A DNA stretch of 64,000 nt. It comes from Mustelus asterias (Eukaryota). Location of the stretch: NCBI RefSeq assembly GCF_964213995.1, contig NC_135811.1, forward strand, positions 84,258,001 through 84,322,000. Direction: 5' to 3'. The position numbers and the translations under genes were made by a program. Positions within the stretch are counted from its first letter, which is position 1, and every line of letters begins with the position of its first letter. Below the pieces are notes generated by a model. It was not told where the DNA came from. It searched no databases and saw only the letters and a list, made by a program, of their open reading frames with translations. Shown here one piece after another: positions 1 to 12,194 of this stretch.

Positions 1-1020
1 AGTCCTGCCAATTTTTTGTCGTCCTCAAACTTACTGATCACCCCAGTTACACCTTCTTCCAGATCGTTTATATAAATCACAAACAGCAGAGTCCCAATAC
101 AGAGCCCTGCGGAACACCACTAGTCACAGGCCTCCAGCCGGAAAAAGACCCTTCCACTACCACCCTCTGTCTTCTGTGACCAAGCCAGTTCTCCACCCAT
201 CTAGCCACCTCCCCCTTTATCCCATGGGATCCAACCTTTTTCACCAGCCTACCATGAGGGACTTTGTCAAACGCTTTACTAAAGTCCATATAGACGACAT
301 CCACGGCCCTTCCCTCGTCAACCATTTTGGTCACTTCTTCAAAAAACTCCACCAGGTTAGTGAGGCATGACCTCCCTCTCACAAAACCATGCTGACTATC
401 GTTAATGAGTTTATTCCTTTCTAAATGCGCATACATCCTATCTCTAAGAATCTTCTCCAACAACTTCCCCACCACGGACGTCAAGCTCACCGGCCTATAA
501 TTACCCGGGTTATCCTTCCTACCCTTCTTAAATAACGGGACCACATTAGCTATCCTCCAATCCTCTGGGACCTCACCTGCGTCCAGTGACGAGACAAAGA
601 TTTGCGTCAGAGGCCCAGCGATTTCATCTCTCGTCTCCCTGAGCAGCCTTGGATAGATTCCATCAGGCCCTGGGGATTTGTCAGTCTTTATATTCTCTAA
701 CAAACCTAACACTTCCTCACTTGTAATGGAGATTTTCTCCAACGGTTCAACACTCCCCTCCGAGACACTCCCAGTCAACACATCCCTCTCCTTTGTGAAT
801 ACCGACGCAGAGTATTCATTTAGGATCTCCCCTACTTCTTTGGGCTCCAAGCATAATTCCCCACTTTTGTCCCTGAGAGGTCCGATTTTTTCCCTGACAA
901 CCCTTTTGTTCCTAACGTCTGAATAAAATGCCTTGGGATTCTCCTTAATCCTGTCTGCCAAGGACATTTCGTGACCCGTTTTTGCCCTTCTAATTCCCCG
1001 TTTGAGTTCTTTCCTACTTT
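1..1020 (-). mobile_element. CR1-clade (HER1-like) LINE, ORF2 reverse-transcriptase fragment; continues beyond window start
   Basis: ORF 77..1030(-) has KSPGPDGIYP, DWRIANVVPLFKKG, NYRPVSLTS, QHGF, YMDFSKAFDKV and SGVPQGSVLG motifs; frameshifts near position 80. Confidence 0.95.
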
Positions 1021-1021
1021 C

Positions 1022-1868
1022 TAAAGGCAAAGTCTCTGTTCAAAAGGCGTAACAAAATTTATTTAAAAACACAGAAATCATATAGGACGAACAAAACATA
1101 AACGTACAGCCATTCGGTGGTCTCCAAAGGGTTAAACAGCTCAGGTTCAGAGATGTAAAACCCCTCCAGAGATCTGAGGCACTCAACAAAAGGTATAGTC
1201 GTTCTGTATTTTGGCTATCTAAAATACACTTCATTAGCTTAAAATCAATTTCATTTAGCGTACACATGTCAGTCCAGTTTTTGACAAAGTACCTCAGTCA
1301 ATTGCAATCTGCCATTCAGTACAATGATGTCTCATTCGTCTATTCAATCCGGACATCCTCCCATTTTGGCTAAACTCATTTTCTGGTCGCTCTGTAACTA
1401 TGGATGCTTTCCATAGATTAACTTTTCCCACAGGCACATCGCCAAGACAGAAAGATACGTGATTTCTGGGCCTTAGGAATGCATTATCTTATGCCTGGAC
1501 AATGTATGCTGCTATAATGTTCCAACATTTGTCTCAAAACCTTGAAACTTTCTAATAGTTTTGCTAACTAATGGATTCCCAGCTTATAGCTCTAACTTTC
1601 TTACCTTACCATTACACTTTACAGCATTTGCTTTTTTTGACTGAGATGAACAATACATTTTATATATTAAAATACATTCAATACTTTGATATATCCTTTA
1701 ACATCATATTCATTCATTTTAATACTGTTATTACATTCACATATTAACAAACTGTCCATATTAACTTGTTATAAGGAATCATTTAACCCCTTCTCGCTAA
1801 CTTGTTTCCCAAAAAGACTACATCTGTCTGTGAATCTCCCTAGCTGATTTGAAATTTCCTTCCACACA
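1022..1868 (-). mobile_element. Solo LTR, U5 end truncated by the adjacent CR1; same family as 31346-32559
   Basis: Reverse complement aligns by eye along its length with 31346-32490; minus strand begins TGTGGAAGG and has AATAAA near the far end. Confidence 0.7.
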
Positions 1869-2139
1869 TATTACATAATGTTTCAAGTTCATTTAAGCAG
1901 ATTCACGAATCTGCTTAAAGATACTGAAGGCGATGTTTGTTTTGAGTATTATTCAGGTAGTTGATGAGAATGGCGTATGCTGCAGTTGCATAGAAGAGTT
2001 AGCATGGAACATAATTCATTTTGGTCCTCATTATAATGGCTGGATGATGACCCGGTGGAGACTTCCTGGTCACGTTGCTTCCAAAGCTCATGGACTTTAG
2101 CCTGCTGTCCATATTTTCCAGTCCTGCCTGTGCCAATTC

Positions 2140-2430
2140 TCACCACAGGCGGCACTTGAAAATCCCAGCCCAAGACAATGACGGCTGGATGACAACAAGG
2201 CCCCCCCATCACAGCTGGGCAATCGAACACAAAGGACGTGGACCACTTCCTCTGCCTAGGAAGCAACATCTCCAGGGAGGGTGACATAGATTGACACCCA
2301 TACAAGAATCGGCAAAACAGCATTGGACTTCCAATGGTTCTGGATGGGTCTGGGCATCCAACAGCTCAGCACTGACCTGAAGCTGCGATTCTACATCTCC
2401 GTAGCGGTATCAACTACAATCTATGCCATC
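2140..2430 (+). mobile_element. Ancient RTE-clade LINE fragment (RT C-terminal region)
   Basis: Cross-frame translation gives DVDHFLCLGSNISREGDID...RIGKTALDF...TDLKLRFYISVAVSTTIYA, resembling the RTE consensus F.YLGS.I...RI.KA..AF...TKL..Y...V...LLY. Confidence 0.6.
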
Positions 2431-3020
2431 AAGAGAACAGTAAATGTGTCACCTTGTCAGGAAAAATGTGATAATATGAAAATGTCAGGAAAATCCAATA
2501 TATTGAAATGTTTTTGCTGGTGTTTATTAAAAAAAATCTTTTAGTCAATGTAAGCTACTCAAGGCAGAGACAGTTTGCTTACACTAATGGAACTAATGTT
2601 ATTGTTACATTGATGAGCCTAGTGACACTGCCAACAGATGTTTATCTAAAGCAGATTGGTAGCAATGGGAAACAGAATATAAAGGGTTTTGAATAAAGTG
2701 TTAGAGGTTCAAAGGAAGAGACAAGGGGCTGATTTTTCGCTGAACTTTTCTGCAGAGTGTGCAGTGCAGCAGGTGTACAAAACAGGGTGGAAGTCTCTGT
2801 ATTTTTAGCCACTTATTCAAAAGAAAGTTGAGGACTGGTCCCACAACGTCATGTTGGTGGGGTGGCCCCTGAATCTCATCGGTGGCGGTTAGGGACAATC
2901 GCAACAGGAAATCCCGCTGGTGTTAAACGCGTTTTGGGACTTGCAGAGGATTGTCTGCCCCCACCCACCGAACTCATGCCCTGAAACCAGGAGCATAACC
3001 CCCTCAGGGTGTGAACTAGG

Positions 3021-3660
3021 AGGCGGCACAGTGGTTAGCACTGCTGCCTCACAACGCCAGGTACCCGGGTTCAATTCCCGACTTGGGTCACTGTCTGTGT
3101 GAAGTCTGCACGTTCTCCCCTTGTCTGTGTGGGTTTCCTCCGGGTGCTCCGGTTTCCTCCCACAGTCCAAAAGACGTGCTGGTTAAGCTAAATCCTCCCT
3201 CTGTGTACCCGAATAGGTGCCGGAGTGTGGCGACTAGGGGATTTTCACAGTAGCTTCATTGCAGCATTAATGTAAGAAATCATAGAAGTCATAGAAATCA
3301 TAGAAACCCTACAGTGCAGAAGGAGGCCATTCGGCCCATCGAGTCTGCACCGACCACAATCCCACCCAGGCCCTACCCCCACATATTTACCCGCTAATCC
3401 CTCTAACCTACGCATCCCAGGACTCTAAGGGGCAATTTATAACCTGGCCAATCAACCTAACCTGCACATCTTTGGACTGTGGGAGGAAACCGGAGCACCC
3501 GGAGGAAACCCACGCAGACACGAGGAGAATGTGCAAACTCCACACAGACAGTGACCCGAGCCAGGAATCGAACCCGGGACCCTGGAGCTGTGAAGCAGCA
3601 GTGCTAACCACTGTGCTACCGTGCCGCCTATTTGTGACACCAATTAATAAACTTTAACTT
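3021..3660 (+). mobile_element. HE1-like SINE (tail type B) interrupted by a second SINE at 3278-3627
   Basis: tRNA-like head GGCACAGTGGTTAGCACTG/GGTTCAATTCC; tail ...AATGTAAG|CCTATTTGTGACACC split by the insertion. Confidence 0.85.
3278..3627 (-). mobile_element. HE1 SINE (CR1/HER1-type tail), nested in another SINE
   Basis: Full head-body-tail on minus strand ending in short TTCTATGA-type repeats. Confidence 0.9.
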
Positions 3661-6600
3661 TGCATTTGCATTCTAAAATGTACACTCATGAAATGAAGGC
3701 AATTAAGTTTGACTTCAGAAGGGGTTAGTTCAAATAAGAGAAGATCAAAAGGGAAAAATTCTGATCAGGAGATGATTAAACCGAAACCGGGTTAGCTGTG
3801 TCAGACCTCAGCCACAGCAGGAGTAAGTGTTTAACTCCCAATAAGCCTTGTCTATGAAAGCCTGTCTTGTGAAGCCAGTTATTTGTTTTATCTCCCAAGT
3901 ATACCCCAAAGAGAGATAACAGCCTGTTTTTTTAAACGTCTAAGTGTGATGGAATGTTCGAGGAGAATTAACTCTGAAGATGGTGCAATACAGGTTGTTT
4001 GAAACTAGGTAAAATTAGAAATACTGGGAGCAATCTTACCAGAATGTTGGTTCCGGTGAGAAAAATGGCCTGTTTCTCTCCGGATCTTGTTTTTTAAAAA
4101 AAAGAACCGGGTGGGTTTCATGCCATCATGGAGGGGGGGCCAGGGCCTAAACACTGGCAAAGCCCAGCTGCACTGAGATCGGGGCACCATGTTTAAAGGG
4201 TGTCCTGATAAGAATATGAATGATCCTCTTCCCAAGCCCAGCACAGAGGTCTCAGGGGCTCCCTCTAACCCCCACCTTGATCCAAGTCAGCAATTCCTCC
4301 CTCCCTCCCCGATCAGAGTCGGCACCTCTTCCCCACCCCCCCCAACCGAACACTGGACCCCTTCTCTACTGAACCCCCACTCTCACAGTCATTACCAGCA
4401 CCCACCTCCCCTCCCCAAACAGCCATTGCTGACTTCTCCCGGCTCCCGCATCTGCTCCTGGCCATCACCACATACAAATGAATCTCTTTGCCCCCTTCCC
4501 CCCACCCCCCGACACAGATTGGCTCAGGCAAGTTGGCATGTGCCCACCTAAGGGTCTCAATTGGTGGCGGGGCAGGGAAGCTGTCCATGGGCCTTCCCAC
4601 CAAAGACTTAATCCCATCCACTGTGCTCCCGTCTCATTAAATGCCCCCTCAACATCAAACTCGCCTCACATTAAATTCCACCCGTTACTTTTGGTTTGCT
4701 CTTCCAACGTTCCATTCACAATCAAGTGCAATACAGGATCATCTTTCTCCCTCAGTCTAGATTTTTATAGTTTGCAATTGACTTGACTTTTTATATGATA
4801 CTTATACCATTGAAGTGCTTGTTTGGATGGTGCAACACTGTGTCTACATTCAAGGCCGCATGTCCCTATAGAGGAGCACAGGGTGTCCACTGGCATCGTC
4901 AAACCCTTCCATGCCTGGTGGGCACCGCAGGGACTGGGGTGCCTCGACCCCCTTAATCACATTTTGGTTTGATGTTTTAAAGTTTGATTTGTGATTTGTT
5001 TGTTGTGTGAGTTAGTATCCCTTTAAGGGGCTGCTTCTTGAATGTGTCCCTCAGTTTATTTGATTCAGTTTAATTGGCTGCTGATTTATTTAAAATGGTA
5101 TTCTGAAAAGGTACATTCTGAGTAGCTTTTTCTCATGTATATCCGACCTCCAAGAAAGCACCCGAGGCAAATTTGCCTGGCTGTTCCACTGTAACGAAAA
5201 CCACTTTTTAACAGTACATTAAGCATACATTCATAAAAGTAAGTCACTTCTCCAAGAGATTATTGAGTGGAATGGTTTCGTGGGCATATGAGTGTATTTC
5301 CATGGACAAGAAACCAGCTACCAACGATATCTTGATGCTCTAATGCCTTCTTGTTTCCTGCGAACCTTTTGAAATGCTAACCAAGCAATTTGTACATGTT
5401 TGCGGAATTTATTTTTGTTCCAGGGTGAATATCTTGCCTATCAAAGCATTGGTCATAAAAGGACAGAGGGGCATTTGTTGCGTATGACAGGACAGTCTGG
5501 TGTGGCTTGGCATAATGCCACAGAATGACTTTACTGATGTAATGGTGCATCCAAGGTGCCTGATGTATCTGAAATTGGAAACCATACATAAAACACTAGA
5601 AATATCAGCTTTATGATCTAACTAAAATATGTATGCAACCTATTTTTGTGAATTGCTTGCGCATCACTTAAATGCGTGAGCCATGAAGCACCTTTTTTTT
5701 AAAGCTTTTGCAGTACTTCAAGACCATGCTTCATTTTCCAAAAAGACTTTGGGGAAAAATGCAGATCTGCAGAATTATTATCTCAAATAGGAAGTTGGCC
5801 TTTATTGATTTGTTTACTTTGTGCTGTTTGCCAGGATTGAGCATTGACAAAGAGTAAAATCTTGTTGCTCTTAGGAAGAGGTGAAAGTGGCAGTGTGTTT
5901 GAACAAGGAACTACAATTTGTTTGATGTGATTTAATTTGTGACAAATCACCACAGTCTCTTGGCATCATCGTATAAGGATGAATCTGTCTGGAAGCTTAA
6001 CCGTTGACCCTGGACTGCCTCCAACCAGCAGGTGTTAATCAAGTGCTCTGACACATCAGCTGCCTAGTTTTTTTTGGTGCAGTAAGTGTGGCTTTGTCTC
6101 CATAAAAGCATCCACGCTTGGGCTGTGAGCAGCACTGGATACCATTTTGATGAGAGAGTTAGTGCTTGCAGAGTGAACAGCTGCCGGATCTATGCAAAAT
6201 TGTAGATTTTGCTTTCAATTCGCGTGCAATTCTTCGAGATTATTTGCTGAATTTCTACTGGCCATTGCCAGTGGAAATGTTTGATGGGGCAGAATCTTAC
6301 CAGCCCCACAGAGGTGGGCTGAGTGTCAGCGGCTCAATAAAAAGGGAACAACAATTTATACCTCATGAGAAGAGAGTGCTGCTTGGTTGGCAAGTGGATT
6401 CTGATTGGTAGAGCATTGCCATGGATAATGAATAAGGGGAAAGTTAACTGTAAGAGCAATTCTCGTGCAGTATAAATTGTTGTTCCCTTTACAATCGGTA
6501 TTTTTGCAAACTGTCCTGGTGAGTGCAAGATGTAAAGCTTCAGCAACATGTCACTTGTCACGTTTACTTAGTTTTAATCGAGTTTCATTTAAAGTAATTT

Positions 6601-9100
6601 GCATGACAAGAAGGAGAGACTTTTGTGGTGTGGTGGGAGGGAGGCATGGTTAGGTAGGATAACATTTCTTACACCTGAAACGCAACTCGTATTGGAGTTA
6701 ACAGGTTTGCATAATTATTGGGTTGCTGCCCACAGGTTGGGTGAATCCGATTGCCTTGACGCCCATTGGGAATCTTGATTTTTGGCAGATGCCCCAGTCA
6801 GCGGGGATTCCTGCCTGCTGTCTCACGAGGCTGGAGAATCCTGTCCAGTATGTTGATAGTGGTATTGCTGGAAAAAGACTTGTTGAAGCTTTTTGACATG
6901 TCTTTTCAGCAATAAAATAATAAAAGTTATAACTTTGAGCTAGTCTGGAAGCATATCCTGAGTTGCCTATCCACAGCAACACCCACTTATTTTCCAGGAC
7001 TGGGCAGCATCAACTAAACTTTCAGGATTGTTTAGAGTTGTGGACACCCAGCCGATAAGTGAAGTTGAGTAGAGTGTGAGCGAATGTTACCTCCTGTCCC
7101 TCTTTGATTTTGGGTGTATTTCATGCTTTAATTAATGCTATTTTGCAGCAATTTCCTCAAGCCCTTGTCTTCAACTTAAAGTTTAAATTTTATTTATTAG
7201 CAACATAAGTAGGAAGACTGATGAGGTCCTGCAGCAGCAATTTAGGAAGTTAGGTAGAAAGTTAAAAAGCAGGACCTCTAGGGATGTAAACTCAGGATTA
7301 CTCCCTGTGCCATGTGTCAGTGAGGCTAGAAATAGAAGGGTAGTACAGCTCAACACGTGGCTGAATAGCTGGCGTAGGAGGGAGGGTTTCAGATATCTGG
7401 ACCGTTGGGATCTCTTCTGGGGCAGGTGGGACCTGCACAAAAAGGACAGGTTGCATCTAAACTGGAAGGGCATAAATATTCTGGCTGGGAGGTTTGCTGG
7501 TGTCACATGGGAGGATTTAAACTAATTTGGCGGGGGTGGGGGAGCGGGGGGGGGGGGGGGGGGGGTGGTGTGGTGGTGGGAACCAAAGCAAAGATGAATT
7601 AACTGAAGGGGAACCGGAGATTAGGGCCAGTAAGACTCGGAGAAAGAGCAGGCAGGGTGTGGTTGCTAATCAAAGAGGGTCTGGTGGACTGAAGTGCATT
7701 TGTTTCAATACGAGAAGTGTAACAGGTAAGGCAGATGAACTTCGAGCTTGGATTAGTACTTGGAACTGTGGTGTTGTTGCTATTAGAGACTTGGTTAAGG
7801 GAAGGACAGGAATGGCAGCTTAACGTTCCAGGATATAGATATTTCAGGTGGGATAGGGGGGGATGTAAAAGGGGTTGGGGGAGCTGCACTACTGGTTAAG
7901 GAGAATATCACAGCTGTACTGTGGGAGGACACCTCGGAGGGCTCATACAGCGAGGCAATAGAGCTCAAGAATAGCAAGGATGTAGTCACAATGTTGGGGG
8001 TTTACTATAGGCTGCCCAACAGCCAGTGGGAGACCGAGGAACAGATATGTAGGCAGATTTTGGCAAGGTGTAAAAGTAACTGGGTTGTTGTGGTGGGACT
8101 TCCCTTCAACTTCCCTTATATTGACTGGGACTCACTTAGTGCTAGGGGTGTGGATGGGGCAGAGTTTGTAAGGAGCATCCAGGAGGGCTTCTTGAAGCAG
8201 TATGTAGATAGTCCAACTAGGGAAGGGGCCATACTGGACCTGGTATTGGGGAATGAGTCCGGCCAGGTGGTCGACGTTTCAGTAGGGGAGCAGTTCGGGA
8301 ACAGTGACCACAGCTCAGTAAGCTTTAAGGTACTGATGGATAAAGATAGGTGTAGTCCTCAAGTTAAGGTGCTAAATTGGGGGAAGGTTAATTACAATAA
8401 TATTAGGCAGGAACTGAAGAATGTAGATTGGGCACAGATGTTTGAGGGCAAATCAACATCTGGCATGTGGGAGGCTTTCAAGTGCAAGTTGATAGGAATT
8501 CAGGACCGGCACATTCTTGTAAGGATGGAGGATAAGTATGGCAAGTTTTGGGAACCTTGGATAACGAGAGATATTGTAAACTTAGTCAAAGAGAAAAAGA
8601 AAGCATTTGTCAAGGCTAGGAGGCTGATAACACACGAAGCAATGTGGAATATAAGGAAAGTAGAAAAAAACTTAAGCAAGGAGTAAGGAGGGCTAAAAGG
8701 GTCATGAAAAGTCATTGGCCAGCAGGATTAAGGAAAATCCAAGACTTTTTATACATATATAAAGAGGGGGAGGGTAGTCAGGGAGAGGGAGAGGGTTGAC
8801 CCACTCAAGGACAGGGGAGGGAATCTATGCGTGGAGCCAGAGGAAATGGGCGAGATATTAAATGAGTACTTTGCGTCAGTATTCACCAAAGAGAAGGACT
8901 TGGCAGATGATGAGTCTGGGGAAGGGGGTGTAGATTGTTGAGATCAAAAAGGAGGAGGTATTGGGGTTCTTGAGAAACATTAATGTAGACAAGTCCCCAG
9001 GGCCTAATAGGATATGCCCCAGAATACTGAGAGAGGCAAGGGAGGAAATTGCTGAGGCTTTGAGAGAAATCTTTGTATCCTCACTGGCTACAGGGGAGGT

Positions 9101-9280
9101 ACAGTAAGAAGTTTCACAACACCAGGTTAAAGTCCAACAGGTTTATTTGGTAGCGCTACCAAATAGTGGACAATAAAGTGTGGCTTTTGCTACCAAATAA
9201 ACCTGTTGGACTTTAACCTGGTGTTGTTAAACTTCTTACTGTGTTTACCCCAGTCCAACGCCAGCATCTCCACATCATGA
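9101..9280. mobile_element. Penelope-like palindromic pseudo-LTR insertion with the ribozyme core deleted
   Basis: Inverted arms ACAGTAAGAAGT...GGTAGC / GCTACC...CTTCTTACTGT; 13-bp TSD CTACAGGGGAGGT (9088-9100, 9281-9293); same family as 9692-9939. Confidence 0.75.
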
Positions 9281-9749
9281 CTACAGGGGAGGTCCCAGAG
9301 GATTGGAGAATAGCCAATGTTGTTCCTTTGTTTAAGAAGGGTAGCAAGAATAATCCAGGTAATTACAGGCCGGTGAGCCTTACATCAATGGTAGGGAAAT
9401 TATTGAAGAGGATTCTTCGGGACTGGATTTACTCCCACTTGGAAATAAGTGGATGCATTAGTGACGGGCAACATGGTTTTGTAAAGGGGAGGTCGTGTCT
9501 CACTAACTTGATCGAGTTTTTTGAGGAAGTGATGAAGATGATTGATGAGGGTAGGGCAGTAGATGTTGCCTACATGGATTTCTGTAAGGCCTTTGACAAG
9601 GTCCCTCATGGCAGACTGGTGCAGAAAGTGAAGTTGCATGGGATCAGAGGTGAGCTGGCAAGGTGAATACAAACCTGGCTTGGTCAAAGAACAGTAAGAA
9701 GTCTCACAACACCAGGTTAAAGTCCAACAGGTTTATTTGGTAGCAAATA

Positions 9750-9786
9750 CCATAAGCTTTCGGAGCAATGCTCCTTCGTCAGATGG
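9750..9786 (-). ncRNA. Mirror-image hammerhead motif in the other palindrome arm
   Basis: Exact reverse complement of 9811-9847. Confidence 0.75.
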
Positions 9787-9810
9787 AGTGGTCTCTGAAC
9801 AGAGACCACT

Positions 9811-9847
9811 CCATCTGACGAAGGAGCATTGCTCCGAAAGCTTATGG
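9811..9847 (+). ncRNA. Minimal type I hammerhead ribozyme motif
   Basis: CCAT-CTGACGA-A-GGAGC ATT GCTCC-GAAA-GCTT-ATGG: core CUGANGA/GAAA, 5-bp stem II, 4-bp stem I, palindromic AGCT stem III typical of dimer-acting Penelope hammerheads. Confidence 0.8.
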
Positions 9848-10978
9848 TATTTGCTACCAAATAAACCTGTTGGACTTTAACCTGGTGTTGTGAGACTTCT
9901 TACTGTGCTTACCCCAGTCCAACGCCGGCATCTCCACATCTTGGTCAAAGAAGACAGAGGGTAGCAGTGGAAGGGTGCATTTCTGAATGGAGGGCTGTGA
10001 CAAGGGATCAGTGCTGGGACCTTTGCTGTTTGTAATATATATCAATGATTTGGAGGAAAACATAACTGGATTGATTAGTAAGCTTGCGGACGACGCAAAG
10101 GTTGGTGGATTTGCAGATAGCAATGAGGACCATCAGAGGATACAGCAGGATATAGATCAGTTGGAGACTTGGGCGGAGAGATGGCAGGTGGAATTTAATC
10201 TGGACAAATGTGAGGTAATGCATTTTGGAAGGTTTAATACAGATAGGAAATATACAGTAAATGGCAGAACCCTTAAGAGTATTGATAGGCAGAGGGACAT
10301 GTACACAGGTCACTGAAAGTGGCAACGCAGGTGGAGAAGGTAGTCAAGAAGGCATACGGCATGCTTTCCTTCATCGGCTGGGGCATTGAGTTTAAAAATT
10401 GGCAAGTCATGTTGCAACTTTATAGATCCTTGGTTAGGCCGCGCTTGGAATATAGTGTTCAATTCTGGTCGCCACACTATCAGAAGGATGTGGAGGCTTC
10501 GGAGAGGGTACAGAAAAAAGTAATCAGGATGTTGCCTGGTATGGATGGCATTAGCCATGAGGAGAGGTTGGAGAAACTTGGTTTGTTCTCACTGGAATGA
10601 CGGAGGTTGAGGGGCAACCTGATAGAAGTCTACACGATTATGAGGGGCATGGATAGTGGATAGTCAGAAGCTTTTTCCCAAGGTAGAAGAGCCAATTACT
10701 AGGGGGCATAGGTTTAAGGTGCGAGGGCAAGGTTTAAAGGAGATGTACGAGGCAAGTTTTTTACACAGAGGGTGGTGGGTGCCTGGAGCTCACTGCCGAG
10801 GGAGGTAGTGGAAGAGGTGACTTTGAAGGGGCTTCTTGACAAATACATGACTAGGATGGGAATGGAGGGATATGGTCCCAGGAAGGGTAGGGGGTTTTAG
10901 TTCAGTCGGGCAGCATGGTCGGTGTAGGCTTGGCGGGCCGAAGGGCCTGTTCATGTGTTATAATTTTCTTTGTTCTTT

Positions 10979-11454
10979 GGCCGAGTGTCACAAGTAGGCT
11001 CGCATTAACACTGCAATAAAGTTACTACGAGAGTTTTTGATTTTGATTTATTATTGTCACATGTATTGTGACATGTGAGAATAATAACATTTTGTGAAAA
11101 GTATTGTTTCTTGCGCACTATACAAAGCATACCGTTCATAGTGAAGGAAAGGAGAGAGTGCAGAATATAGTGTTATAGACATAGCTAGGGTACAGAAAAA
11201 GATCAACTTAATGCGAGGTAGGGCCTACACTCCGGTGCCTGTTCGGGTACACTGAGGGAGAATCTAGCATGGCCAATGCACCTAACCAGCATCACTTTGA
11301 GTCTGTGGGAGGAAACCAGAGCACCCGGAGGAAACCCATGCAGACACGAGGAGAACGTGCAGACTCCGCACACACAGTGACCCAAGGCGGGAATTGAACC
11401 TGGGTCCCTGGTGTTGTGAGGCAGCAATGCTAACCACTGTGCCATCGTGCCGCC
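10979..11454 (-). mobile_element. HE1-like SINE (tail B) interrupted at about 11032-11222 by a short LINE 3' end (possibly Rex1/Babar-type)
   Basis: SINE head at about 11454 and tail at 10979-11030; intervening segment ends on minus strand in TGTGACAATAATAAAATCAAAAATCAAAAA. Confidence 0.7.
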
Positions 11455-12194
11455 CATACTTCAGCTGACTTACTTTAGCTTTCTTTCCGTTGTCCTCTTT
11501 TTGTCTAACTTCATATTTGCTGCAGCTCACTTCAGCTGTGACTCCCCTTTTTATTTAACTTTGCAACCCTCTACTGTGGTACTGTCTATTTTCTTTTTAA
11601 GAATCTCAGATTCTCCAGCAATATTTTCTGTTCATAGTAAATTCCAAAGGAAAATGTGAGATTTTTCTTCATGAGGAATTCACTGTAAACAGGGTATTGT
11701 ACTAAATGACAAAACGTCTTTCACAAAGGGGAAGGCAGAAAATCTGTCACAATATATTGACATCCAGTCAAAATGCACAATGCAAAATGCAACACGTAGA
11801 TGGTACGAGGCAAAGCAGTATACATAGAAAATTTAATACATACACCTGTCTGATGGTCATGTAATCTATAGATGTGTTCTGTACTTGAAGAAAAACGTCT
11901 TGCAAATTGGCACCAGGAGTATTATCGAAGGTGAATTGCACAGGAGCAATTTCTTTTGGAAATGAATCCATTTGAGTGTATCCACTACTGTCCATGTATT
12001 TGGAGTGTAATGATTCAAATAAGAATCCAGCACTTCAAATTAAACCAGGCATAACAGCATCAGTGCTTGTGTCTTTGCATATAAGTATATTTCTGTGACC
12101 ATGCAGTCTGTTATAAATGAAAGAAACCTCAGACGCTCAGGTTGCCATCAACTGTGACTGCAAGTATTGATGTCCAAATCACCCTGTCTGCATT

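Larger units (their letters stand above)
9692..9939. mobile_element. Penelope-like palindromic pseudo-LTR insertion with a hammerhead motif on each strand
   Basis: Perfect 107-bp arms (9691-9797, 9800-9906) around a 2-nt loop; 13-bp TSD CTTGGTCAAAGAA (9679-9691, 9940-9952). Confidence 0.85.
7213..10978 (+). mobile_element. Near-full-length degenerate CR1 LINE: ORF1 SGNH-esterase C-terminus plus ORF2 endonuclease-RT, with two palindromic insertions
   Basis: ORF 7307..7525 is esterase-like (LNTWLNSWRRREGFRYLD...DRLHLN); ORF 7991..8686 has APE motifs (GVYYR, PTREGAILDLVL, SDH); RT fragments at 9241-9666, 9987-10316 and 10319-10600; many frameshifts. Confidence 0.93.

Noticed and set aside
7530-7580. 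Long G run as a functional G-quadruplex
   Set aside because: It is a homopolymer expansion in the CR1 inter-ORF region, with length possibly affected by sequencing error.
11768-11995. Possible minus-strand exon MDSSGYTQMDSF...IRQ followed by a GT donor
   Set aside because: No recognisable protein, no clear acceptor and no partner exons.
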